From an uncultured Treponemataceae bacterium (GTDB lineage Bacteria > Spirochaetota > Spirochaetia > Treponematales > Treponemataceae), in contig CAYJOZ010000001.1 in the NCBI GenBank assembly GCA_964371925.1, positions 1 to 33,825 on the forward strand: a stretch of DNA of 33,825 nucleotides, given 5' to 3'. This document shows positions 7,120 through 15,638 of the stretch, in pieces; the stretch's first letter is position 1; each line of letters opens with the position of its first letter. Both the position numbers and the translations under genes were made by a program. Below the pieces are notes generated by a model. That model saw only the letters and a list, made by a program, of their open reading frames with translations. It had not been told where the DNA came from and searched no databases.

Positions 7120-9258
7120 ATGGCAACATATATAGCACATAGTGGAACACCGATGCCGTACGGAACAAGCATAAAAAAAGGCGGCGTCAATTTTAGCTTA
7201 TTTTCTCGAAATGGCACTTCTGTTCGCCTTTCTATTTTTAACGATGAAATAGATGAGGAACCAAGTTTTTCATGTACGCTTGACCCACTGGTAAATCGAA
7301 CAGGCGATGTTTGGCATGTTTTTATCGAAGGTGCAAAAGCAGGAACCCTTTATCTCTATTCTGTTAACGGGCCATTTAGTCCAGAAAAAGGACATCGCTT
7401 TAATATCGAAAATTATCTTTTAGATCCTTATGCAAAAGCTTTGACAAATTCATCTCTATTTAAATTCATTCACCAGAAAACCACAAAAATTACAACACCC
7501 ACACCATACGGGGCAGAAAAAGAAAAAGCCGTTATGCCAAAGTGTGTTGTTGTTGATGATGAAGCCTTTGATTGGCAGGGCGATAAACCATTAAACTATC
7601 CACTTAGAAAGAGTATTTTATATGAAGCTCATTTAAAAGGCTATACACAAAGCGAATCTTCTACAGTAAAGCACAAAGGAACTTATAAAGGCCTTATTGA
7701 AAAAATTCCATATTTTAAGGAATTGGGAGTTACAAGCATTGAGCTTTTGCCTTTACAAGAATTTGATGAATTTGAAAACACAAACATTAACCCAAAAACA
7801 GGAAAACCATTAACAAACTATTGGGGATATAGTACCATGTCTTTTTTTGCACCAAAAGCTTCTTATAGTTTTGATACAAGAGCAGGCCAGTGTGTCAACG
7901 AGTTTAAAGAAATGGTACGTGAAATGCATAAAAATGGATTAGAAATAATATTAGATATTGTTTTTAATCACACAGCAGAAGGTAATGAAAAAGGACCAAC
8001 CATAAATTTTAAAGGTTTAGACAATTCTATTTATTATATTCTTGAAGATGAGAACAAACAAGGGTATAAAAACTATTCTGGCTGTGGAAACACCTTGAAC
8101 TGCAATCATCCTGTTGTAAGAACATTTATTATGGATTGTTTACGCTATTGGGTTTGTGAAATGCATGTCGATGGCTTTCGTTTTGATCTAGGTTCAATTT
8201 TGGGAAGAGACCAAAACGGAAACCTCATGGAAAATCCACCTATGCTTGAACGAATTGCCGAAGAACCAATATTACGAAACACAAAAATAATTGCAGAGGC
8301 ATGGGATGCTGGTGGAGCATATCAAGTTGGCTGGTTTCCAGGAGGACGCTGGGCAGAATGGAATGATCGCTTCAGAGACGACATACGACGCTTTTGGAGG
8401 GGAGATGAAAACTGTCTAAATGGTGCAGCAACAAGACTCTCAGGAAGCTCAGATTTATATTTGCGTGATGGCCGAAAACCATTTCATTCAATCAACTTTT
8501 TAACCAGCCATGATGGTTTCACTCTCAATGATTTAGTAAGCTATAATAAAAAGCATAATGAAGAGAATGGAGAGGAAAACAGAGATGGTTCAGATAATAA
8601 CCTCAGTTTTAATTATGGATACGAAGGATCTACTTCTAATAAAAGCATAGAGCAAATGCGCGTACGCCAAATAAAAAACTACCTATTAACCTTATTTTTG
8701 TCGCAAGGAACACCGATGTTACTTGCAGGTGATGAATTCCGAAACACTCAAAAAGGAAATAATAATACCTATTGCCAAGACAACGAAACTGCTTGGATTG
8801 ATTGGAATTGTAAAGACAGAAACTCAGAAATTTTCCTATTCACACGAAAGGCTATTGCTTTCCGCATACATCACCCAGCTTTTTGCAGACCAGAATTTTT
8901 CCTTGGACAAGATTTATCATACAACAGCCTCTTAGATATAGCATGGTTTGATGAACATGGTGCTATTTTAGATTGGTCAAAAGACAACAAAATTCTTGCT
9001 TGCCGCATGGACGGAAGCAAGGCGGATATTCTTAGTGATATAGATGACAATGACTTTTACCTTATGTTAAACCCCACATCCGAAAGTATAATTGTTACAA
9101 TATCGCCTCCTTCTGTTGGCACAAAATGGCACAGAGCAGTTGATACATCTAAGCAAGCACCTAAAGATTTCCTTGGTCCTGGCGAAGAAGAAATTCTTCC
9201 CGCCGACTCTACGTACTCACTTGAAGCACACAGTATGGTTGTTTTATTAAGCAAATAA
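7120..9258 (+). CDS. glgX: Glycogen debranching enzyme (GH13, CBM48 N-terminus)
   Basis: 712 aa. The N-terminus GTPMPYGTSIKKGGVNFSLFSRNGTSVRLSIF is GlgX-like. GH13 catalytic motifs are present: DGFRFDLG, IAEAWD, LTSHDGFTLND. Confidence 0.93.
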   Translation: MATYIAHSGTPMPYGTSIKKGGVNFSLFSRNGTSVRLSIFNDEIDEEPSFSCTLDPLVNRTGDVWHVFIEGAKAGTLYLYSVNGPFSPEKGHRFNIENYLLDPYAKALTNSSLFKFIHQKTTKITTPTPYGAEKEKAVMPKCVVVDDEAFDWQGDKPLNYPLRKSILYEAHLKGYTQSESSTVKHKGTYKGLIEKIPYFKELGVTSIELLPLQEFDEFENTNINPKTGKPLTNYWGYSTMSFFAPKASYSFDTRAGQCVNEFKEMVREMHKNGLEIILDIVFNHTAEGNEKGPTINFKGLDNSIYYILEDENKQGYKNYSGCGNTLNCNHPVVRTFIMDCLRYWVCEMHVDGFRFDLGSILGRDQNGNLMENPPMLERIAEEPILRNTKIIAEAWDAGGAYQVGWFPGGRWAEWNDRFRDDIRRFWRGDENCLNGAATRLSGSSDLYLRDGRKPFHSINFLTSHDGFTLNDLVSYNKKHNEENGEENRDGSDNNLSFNYGYEGSTSNKSIEQMRVRQIKNYLLTLFLSQGTPMLLAGDEFRNTQKGNNNTYCQDNETAWIDWNCKDRNSEIFLFTRKAIAFRIHHPAFCRPEFFLGQDLSYNSLLDIAWFDEHGAILDWSKDNKILACRMDGSKADILSDIDDNDFYLMLNPTSESIIVTISPPSVGTKWHRAVDTSKQAPKDFLGPGEEEILPADSTYSLEAHSMVVLLSK

Positions 9259-9319
9259 GCTTGTTTTTATCTAGATAATAGTATATTATAAAAATATAGT
9301 CCAAATTTAGGAGTACAAG

Positions 9320-11767
9320 ATGACATTTGATTCTACATCTTTCAAGGAAAGAATAAAAGCTCGACTAAAACGTCAGTACGGAAAAGAAATTCAATCAGCT
9401 ACAACCCGGCAAATTTACGATGCTAGCGCAGCCTCTATTCAAGAAATGACAATGGATAACTGGATGAAAACAAGAGCCGCTCATGAACAGAAAGGCGTGC
9501 GCTCTGTTTATTATTTTTCTGCAGAATTCTTAATGGGAAGAGCATTAGGCAACAACCTCATAAATACATTATTAAAAGAAGGTGTCATTTCTGCTTTACA
9601 AGAACTCGGTATCGATTACAATACAATCGAAGACCACGAACCAGACGCAGCACTTGGAAACGGTGGTTTAGGCCGCCTAGCAGCATGTTTTTTAGATTCT
9701 CTTGCAACACTCAATTATCCCGCGTATGGATATGGTATAAGATATGAGTATGGTATGTTCGAACAACATATTGAAAATGGATTTCAAGTTGAATATCCTG
9801 ATAACTGGCTTAGACACAGAGATCCTTGGCAAATTAAAAGAAGTGACCTAGCCGTAGAAGTACGATTTGGTGGAAATGTTGCTGTAGGAAAAACACCAAC
9901 AGGCGAAAACGCTTTTTCAATAGAAAATGCTGAAATCGTAACTGCTGTACCCTATGATACACCGATTATTGGCTATGACACAAACACCATCAATACATTA
10001 CGACTATGGAGAGCGTCTTCTCCTAATGGTTTTGATTTGCAACAATTTAATGAAATGCATTATAACCGTTCCGTTGAACGAAAAAATTCAGCAGAAAATA
10101 TTTCACGGGTTCTTTATCCAAATGACTCAGGAGCTTCTGGCAAGACCCTGCGGTTAAAACAACAGTACTTTTTTTGCTCTGCAAGCTTACAAGACTTATT
10201 ACGCAGTTATATTTCAGTATATGGTAAAGATTTTTCAAACTTTCCAAAATATCATGTTATTCAATTGAATGACACCCACCCTGTTGTAGCTATACCAGAA
10301 CTTATGAGACTTTTAATGGATGAGCATTCTGTCGGTTGGGATGATGCATGGAAAATCGCGTCTGAAACATTTGCATACACAAATCATACAATTCTATCTG
10401 AAGCACTTGAAAAGTGGCCTATTGATATCTTCCAAGCATTATTACCTCGTATTTATCAAATAATAGAAGAAATAAACAGACGGTTTAATCTTATCTTAAT
10501 TGAAAAATTCCCTAACGATTACATGCGCCATAATCGTATGAATATCATTGCCAATGGAATGATACATATGGCATGGTTAGCCATTCACACTTGTTTTAGT
10601 GTCAATGGAGTTGCAGCACTTCACTCTCAAATTCTTATTGAAAGCGAGCTGAAAGACTGGGCAGAGTTGTATCCAAACAAATTTAACAACAAAACGAATG
10701 GAGTTACACAACGCCGTTGGCTTTTAAGTGCAAATCCTCTTTTATCAGATTTTATCACAAAAAGAATTGGAGACGGTTGGCAAAAAGACTTTGCGCTACT
10801 AAAAGAATTAGAAAAGTATGCTGACGATGAAGCAAGCTTAAATGAACTCTTAGATATTAAGAAAAAGAACAAACAAACATTTGCTAAGTGGCTTATCGAA
10901 ACACAAAATGACTTTGTTGATCCAGATTCAATTTTTGACACTCAAATAAAACGATTACATGAGTACAAAAGACAGTTATTAAATGTATTACATATCATAT
11001 ACTTATACAATAAGTTAATTGACGATCCAAATTTTAACCCACCGGCAAGAACGTATCTTTTTGGAGCAAAAGCTGCGTCGGGATATCGTAGAGCAAAGTC
11101 AATAATAAAGCTAATAACTTCAATTGCCGATAAAATAAACAATGATCCTCGCGTAAGAGGAAAGCTTCGAGTAGTTTTTGTTCATAACTACAGAGTAACA
11201 GCAGCGGAAAAATTGTTTCCTGCATCCGATGTATCTGAGCAAATTTCAACAGCTGGGAAAGAAGCGTCTGGAACAGGTAATATGAAGTTTATGATAAACG
11301 GAGCCTTAACACTAGGAACGCTTGATGGAGCCAACATTGAAATTGTAGAAGAAGCAGGAGAAGAGAATGCTTTTATTTTTGGATTAACCGCTCAGGAAAT
11401 TGCAACTATAGAGCAAGAGCATAGTTATAATCCTCAAAAATACATTCAAGACAATGCTGGGCTCGCAAAAGCTCTTAATCAACTTATTGATGGAACATTT
11501 GATTCATCTGGGACTCTTTTTAGAGAACTATATGACTCTCTTGTGTATGGAGTTGAAGGTCAAAGACCAGACACATACTATGTTCTAGCTGATTTTGATG
11601 GGTATTGTAAGGCTCAAGAAAAAGTAGCGGAAGCTTACTCAGATAAAATTGGATGGGCAAAGAAAGTTCTTCTTAACATTGCCCATTCTGGAAAATTTTC
11701 ATCTGATAGAACGATCGAAGACTATGTAGCAGATATTTGGAAACTTAAAAAGATCGATGTTAAATAA
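9320..11767 (+). CDS. glgP: Glycogen/maltodextrin phosphorylase (GT35)
   Basis: 815 aa with GLGRLAACFLDS and the PLP-lysine motif EASGTGNMKFMINGALTLGTLDGANIEI. AGGAG lies 6 nt upstream. Confidence 0.95.
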   Translation: MTFDSTSFKERIKARLKRQYGKEIQSATTRQIYDASAASIQEMTMDNWMKTRAAHEQKGVRSVYYFSAEFLMGRALGNNLINTLLKEGVISALQELGIDYNTIEDHEPDAALGNGGLGRLAACFLDSLATLNYPAYGYGIRYEYGMFEQHIENGFQVEYPDNWLRHRDPWQIKRSDLAVEVRFGGNVAVGKTPTGENAFSIENAEIVTAVPYDTPIIGYDTNTINTLRLWRASSPNGFDLQQFNEMHYNRSVERKNSAENISRVLYPNDSGASGKTLRLKQQYFFCSASLQDLLRSYISVYGKDFSNFPKYHVIQLNDTHPVVAIPELMRLLMDEHSVGWDDAWKIASETFAYTNHTILSEALEKWPIDIFQALLPRIYQIIEEINRRFNLILIEKFPNDYMRHNRMNIIANGMIHMAWLAIHTCFSVNGVAALHSQILIESELKDWAELYPNKFNNKTNGVTQRRWLLSANPLLSDFITKRIGDGWQKDFALLKELEKYADDEASLNELLDIKKKNKQTFAKWLIETQNDFVDPDSIFDTQIKRLHEYKRQLLNVLHIIYLYNKLIDDPNFNPPARTYLFGAKAASGYRRAKSIIKLITSIADKINNDPRVRGKLRVVFVHNYRVTAAEKLFPASDVSEQISTAGKEASGTGNMKFMINGALTLGTLDGANIEIVEEAGEENAFIFGLTAQEIATIEQEHSYNPQKYIQDNAGLAKALNQLIDGTFDSSGTLFRELYDSLVYGVEGQRPDTYYVLADFDGYCKAQEKVAEAYSDKIGWAKKVLLNIAHSGKFSSDRTIEDYVADIWKLKKIDVK

Positions 11768-11798
11768 AAAGCGTTAAGGCGCAAACATAGGAGAAATA

Positions 11799-13424
11799 AT
11801 GAAAAACAAAGGTTTATTAAGTTTAGACTTAGTCACAGAAGAGTTAACACCGCAAGAAAGAATAAAATTACCGTTCTTTATATTGATGTCATTAATAATG
11901 ACTATAATATTTATCTTTATTGCTGCAGCTTTATTCTTTGTAGGCAGTCCTATTGGGGCAGCCTTAATGGGTTCTGGATTTGTTTTCTTTGTTATCACTT
12001 TTAGAAAATTCAAAGTAGGAAAAATAAAAGCAGGAACTTCGCTTTCTACCATTGCCCTTCTTATTGCAGAATCAATTGTAGTTTACTTTCTTTTGTTTGG
12101 GCCAAACCCTTATGGAATGTATAGAATTTTAGCTTTTACTCTGTTCCTTTTTGTTGGAAAGTTTTTACTTACCTCTTCATTAAAAGAGCTTTTAACCTTT
12201 GCGGTTTGGTCAGTTGCAATGTTTGTAACTAAAGCTATTCTTGTCTATGAAGAAATGCCGACAGATCAACTAGATGTATTTATTGCCTGTGTTGGTATTA
12301 GTTTAGTTTGTATTATTGGAACAATGCTAGTTTTGGCATCTCTATTTATGATGATAAACTCTCTAACCCTCTATGCAGACCAAGAAAAAAACAAAGTTGA
12401 AGCAGCTTTCACAAAAGTAACAAAGGTACTAAATGAAAGTAAGCAAGGTTTAGAAGTAGGAAATATTTTATCAACGGAAGCAACTACAGCAGCCTTAGAC
12501 TTGAAAAAAATGGCGACAGTTTTTGCTACCCTGCAAGCTTCTGCTAAAGAACTCACAGAAAGTATTTCCTCGGTTTCAGACCTGTTTTTAACAATTGAAA
12601 AAAATGCTACAGAAATGCAAGCAGGTACACAAGCGCAAAACTCTTCAATAACTGAAAGTTCTGTTGCATTAACAGAAATTTCAACCAATATTTCAAGTGT
12701 AAATCAAATTGCAACACAACGTAGTGAAAATATGAAAGTACTTTTGGATTCTATTAAGAATCAAAAACACTTAGTACAAGAAGCTCTCACAGAGGTGCAA
12801 AAAGTAAAAGAGTCTTCAGCTAGTATTGGCGATTTTATTCACACAGTAGAAGACATCGCAAACCAAACTGGACTTTTAGCAATGAATGCATCAATTGAGG
12901 CAGCTCATGCGGGAACAGCAGGAAAAGGGTTTGCGGTAATTGCACAGGAAATTAGAAAGCTATCAGAAGAAACAGCAAAAAACGCTGCCTATATTGGTGA
13001 TGTTCTAAAAGGAAACGAGCAAACTGTTGAAAGTGCTGCAAATGCCGTTATTTCGTTTGCGACACAGTCTGAAAATAGCTCTGAAGAATTACAAAGCACC
13101 ATAGAAGCGCTAGATGGAATCCTCATGGGTATATCAGAAATGGATATTGGTACAAGAGGTGTAATGAACTCAATGCAAACTATCGTTGAGTCCTCTAGAC
13201 AAAATGGATCCCTTGTTGATGATGTATCTGGAAAAATTGTGCAACAACGCGAAATTATGGACAGAATATCTGGATTTGCCGATACACTAAAAACTGAAGT
13301 TCTCTCTGCAAATGCACAAATAAGCAATGTTCAAGGAAGCTTAGACAACATTAAAACAACATCCGATGAAAATGTTAAAGTTTCAAGCTCAGTAAATGCA
13401 GCATTACAGAACATAGATATTTAA
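11799..13424 (+). CDS. Methyl-accepting chemotaxis protein with a polytopic (about 6 TM) N-terminus and no periplasmic ligand-binding domain
   Basis: 541 aa with the conserved MCP signalling hairpin EDIANQTGLLAMNASIEAAHAGTAGKGFAVIAQEIRKLSEETAK. The first ~190 aa are almost entirely hydrophobic helices with short loops. AGGAG lies 5 nt upstream, 31 nt after the glgP stop. Confidence 0.9.
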   Translation: MKNKGLLSLDLVTEELTPQERIKLPFFILMSLIMTIIFIFIAAALFFVGSPIGAALMGSGFVFFVITFRKFKVGKIKAGTSLSTIALLIAESIVVYFLLFGPNPYGMYRILAFTLFLFVGKFLLTSSLKELLTFAVWSVAMFVTKAILVYEEMPTDQLDVFIACVGISLVCIIGTMLVLASLFMMINSLTLYADQEKNKVEAAFTKVTKVLNESKQGLEVGNILSTEATTAALDLKKMATVFATLQASAKELTESISSVSDLFLTIEKNATEMQAGTQAQNSSITESSVALTEISTNISSVNQIATQRSENMKVLLDSIKNQKHLVQEALTEVQKVKESSASIGDFIHTVEDIANQTGLLAMNASIEAAHAGTAGKGFAVIAQEIRKLSEETAKNAAYIGDVLKGNEQTVESAANAVISFATQSENSSEELQSTIEALDGILMGISEMDIGTRGVMNSMQTIVESSRQNGSLVDDVSGKIVQQREIMDRISGFADTLKTEVLSANAQISNVQGSLDNIKTTSDENVKVSSSVNAALQNIDI

Positions 13425-13443
13425 TTTTCCTATATGTACAAAG

Positions 13444-13476
13444 AAAGCCCTTTTTGATGCTATCAAAAAGGGCTTT
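13444..13476. terminator. Bidirectional intrinsic terminator between convergent mcp and the FMN-dehydrogenase-like gene
   Basis: Perfect 14-bp stem: AAAGCCCTTTTTGA (13444..13457) pairs with TCAAAAAGGGCTTT (13463..13476), with loop TGCTA. It is followed by TGTTTTATTT on the plus strand and has an A/T-rich flank on the minus strand. Confidence 0.8.
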
Positions 13477-13495
13477 TGTTTTATTTAGTGCTTTT

Positions 13496-14371
13496 TTATT
13501 TCAATAACGATTTTACATAATCTATAACGCCTTGTTTTCCTGCTGCGCAAAGAGCTGTTGCAAAAGGTCTTCCAATCATTACTTCATTTGCTCCATAGGC
13601 ACTTGCAATTTGAATATCTTTATGAGTACGGATTCCACCATCTACCCACAATTCTCCACAGTATTTTTTTAACTCTTTTCCATACGATACCAAAAAATCT
13701 GCAGTACTGCCAACTCGATTTTCCACACGACCACCGTGATTTGATATAATCACAATATCTGGTTTTACTTCTTTTATTAAGTCAATTTCTTCTGAATTAA
13801 AAATACCCTTTATTGAAAAAGGAACCTGTAAATGCCTTTTTATTTCAATAAGCTGTGACGCTGTTTTTTTTTCAAGATTTACAAGGTTTCGCATTGTTGC
13901 AATATTATAAGAATCAATATCAACGCCTATACTTTCTGCAACAGGCACCGCCCATTCAATTCTTTCATAAATTCGTTCATTTGGATAGGGCTTTATAAAA
14001 ACAGCAGCCTTTAATTCATTATTACAACTTTGCTGTCGTTTTATCGCTTCTATTCCACTTAAAAGCTTAACATCAGGGCACCCATCACCAATACTAACGC
14101 CAGCGCCTGATTCAAAAACAGCTGCTACGAGATCATAATAAAAAGATTCTTCGGTTTCATACCCAACATTTTCTTCTGCTCCAGTCATAGGACCGAGACG
14201 AATTTTTGCAATAGCATTATTTTCATGCGGTAATTCCAATTTTTTCCAAGCTGAACAATTTAATTTAAAATTAATATTATTAGAAAAACCGCCCATTCCA
14301 GGTAGCTCACCTATACAGCCTTCACCATCACAAACATCACAAAAATGGCATTTTGAACTATGTATACTCAT
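13496..14371 (-). CDS. FMN-dependent alpha-hydroxy-acid dehydrogenase/oxidase-family protein, short form with N-terminal Cys cluster
   Basis: 291 aa. Family motifs are present: FSIKGI (catalytic Lys region), IISNHGGRVEN (His/Arg) and VDGGIRTHKDIQIASAYGANEVMIGRPF. The N-terminus carries C8-x2-C-x2-C-x4-C (CHFCDVCDGEGC). Confidence 0.75.
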   Translation of the reverse strand: MSIHSSKCHFCDVCDGEGCIGELPGMGGFSNNINFKLNCSAWKKLELPHENNAIAKIRLGPMTGAEENVGYETEESFYYDLVAAVFESGAGVSIGDGCPDVKLLSGIEAIKRQQSCNNELKAAVFIKPYPNERIYERIEWAVPVAESIGVDIDSYNIATMRNLVNLEKKTASQLIEIKRHLQVPFSIKGIFNSEEIDLIKEVKPDIVIISNHGGRVENRVGSTADFLVSYGKELKKYCGELWVDGGIRTHKDIQIASAYGANEVMIGRPFATALCAAGKQGVIDYVKSLLK

Positions 14372-14418
14372 TTATATATTATCGGGTATAATTTTTCATG
14401 CCTTGAGAAGAAAAAGTT

Positions 14419-15504
14419 TTATTGGCCAAAACAAATGCCGGCAGCTTTTCCTGCGAGAAGCACGCCATTATCTAGCGGAACGGTTTTTATCTTCCCTGCA
14501 ACATTTTCTAATGGCACGCTGTCCATAGTGCCATTTTTCATAACAACCATTTTTCCAAACTCTCCGCGTGCTAACATATGAGCGGCCTCAACACCAAACT
14601 GAGAAGCTAAAACTCTATCATACGAAGAGGGTGTTCCACCGCGCTGCGTGTATCCTAACACTGTTACTCTTGGCTCTATTCCTGCTGAATCTTCTAATTC
14701 TTTTGCAATTCTATATCCAATAGACTGAGCCATATCTTTTCTTCTTTTTTTGAATTCTTTTTTTTCCATCTTTGCTTCTTTTGTACTCAACGCACCTTCT
14801 GCAACAACTACTATGGAAAAGTTTTTACCTTGCTCTTTTCGTTTTTGCAAATGTCCTGCAATTGCATCAATTTTATATGGAATTTCTGGTATTAAGACTA
14901 CATCGCCTCCGCCAGCTACTCCCGCATACAAAGCAAGCCAACCAGCTTTATGTCCCATTACTTCAATAATCATAACTCGGTTGTGACTATGTGCCGTTGA
15001 ATGAAGCCTATCTATTGCCTCTGTTGCAACATCTACTGCCGTATAAAAGCCAAATGTTACATCTGTTTCAACTAAATCGTTATCAATTGTTTTGGGTAGG
15101 CCTATTACATTGAGACCTTCTTCTTGCAAAAGTTTGCCTGTGGTATTTGTACCATTTCCTCCAAGAACAACGAGGGCATCAAGTTGCAAGTCTTTATATG
15201 TCTTTTTTATGCTTTCTACAGGTGTTAATCCTGTTATTGAATTTGCTTCTTTATTTTTAAAAGGTTTTTCCCTAGATGTACCTAAAATGGTTCCACCTAT
15301 TGTCAAAATACCTGAAAAATCTTTTGAGTGCAATTCTTTGCAGTTTCCTTCTATGAGACCTCTAAAACCATCCTGAACACCAATAACACGCATTCCATAT
15401 TCATCTATAGCTGTTCGAGAGACACCTCTAATTGCAGCATTTAATCCAGGCGCATCACCGCCTGATGTTAATATACCAAATTTTTTTACAACCGAGTCTT
15501 TCAT
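14419..15504 (-). CDS. pfk: 6-phosphofructokinase (phosphoryl donor not assignable from motifs)
   Basis: 361 aa with GILTSGGDAPGLNAAIRGV, VLGGNGT, LPKTIDND, MGHKAGWLAL and GYTQRGG. GAAGG lies 5 nt upstream. Confidence 0.92.
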   Translation of the reverse strand: MKDSVVKKFGILTSGGDAPGLNAAIRGVSRTAIDEYGMRVIGVQDGFRGLIEGNCKELHSKDFSGILTIGGTILGTSREKPFKNKEANSITGLTPVESIKKTYKDLQLDALVVLGGNGTNTTGKLLQEEGLNVIGLPKTIDNDLVETDVTFGFYTAVDVATEAIDRLHSTAHSHNRVMIIEVMGHKAGWLALYAGVAGGGDVVLIPEIPYKIDAIAGHLQKRKEQGKNFSIVVVAEGALSTKEAKMEKKEFKKRRKDMAQSIGYRIAKELEDSAGIEPRVTVLGYTQRGGTPSSYDRVLASQFGVEAAHMLARGEFGKMVVMKNGTMDSVPLENVAGKIKTVPLDNGVLLAGKAAGICFGQ

Positions 15505-15581
15505 GTTTGCCTTCTTTTTTATGACAAGTTAGTACGAATTACACAAAATCTAAAAACTAAGATTTTACTATCATATTTAAA

Positions 15582-15610
15582 AGTATATCATCTTCCCCCT
15601 TTGCACGCAA
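15582..15610 (-). promoter_or_regulatory. Candidate pfk promoter
   Basis: Minus strand: TTGCGT (15610..15605), 17-nt spacer, extended -10 TGaTATACT (15590..15582). It predicts a leader of about 70 nt carrying the SD. Confidence 0.4.
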
Positions 15611-15629
15611 GTTCTTTTTATGGTATTAT
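15601..15629 (+). promoter_or_regulatory. Candidate promoter of the DUF4015-PAP2-mnmE unit (near-leaderless geometry)
   Basis: TTGCAC (15601..15606), a 17-nt spacer ending in TGg, TATTAT (15624..15629), then 9 nt before ATG 15639. No SD is present. Confidence 0.5.
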
Positions 15630-15638
15630 AGCCTGATT

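Noticed and set aside
9954-11249. Cluster of short ORFs (about 66-104 aa) on both strands inside glgP, with similar ones inside the mcp, pfk, ppx and ppk genes
   Set aside because: All are nested in or antisense to genes with strong full-length homology, and none has recognisable motifs. I treat them as frame noise.
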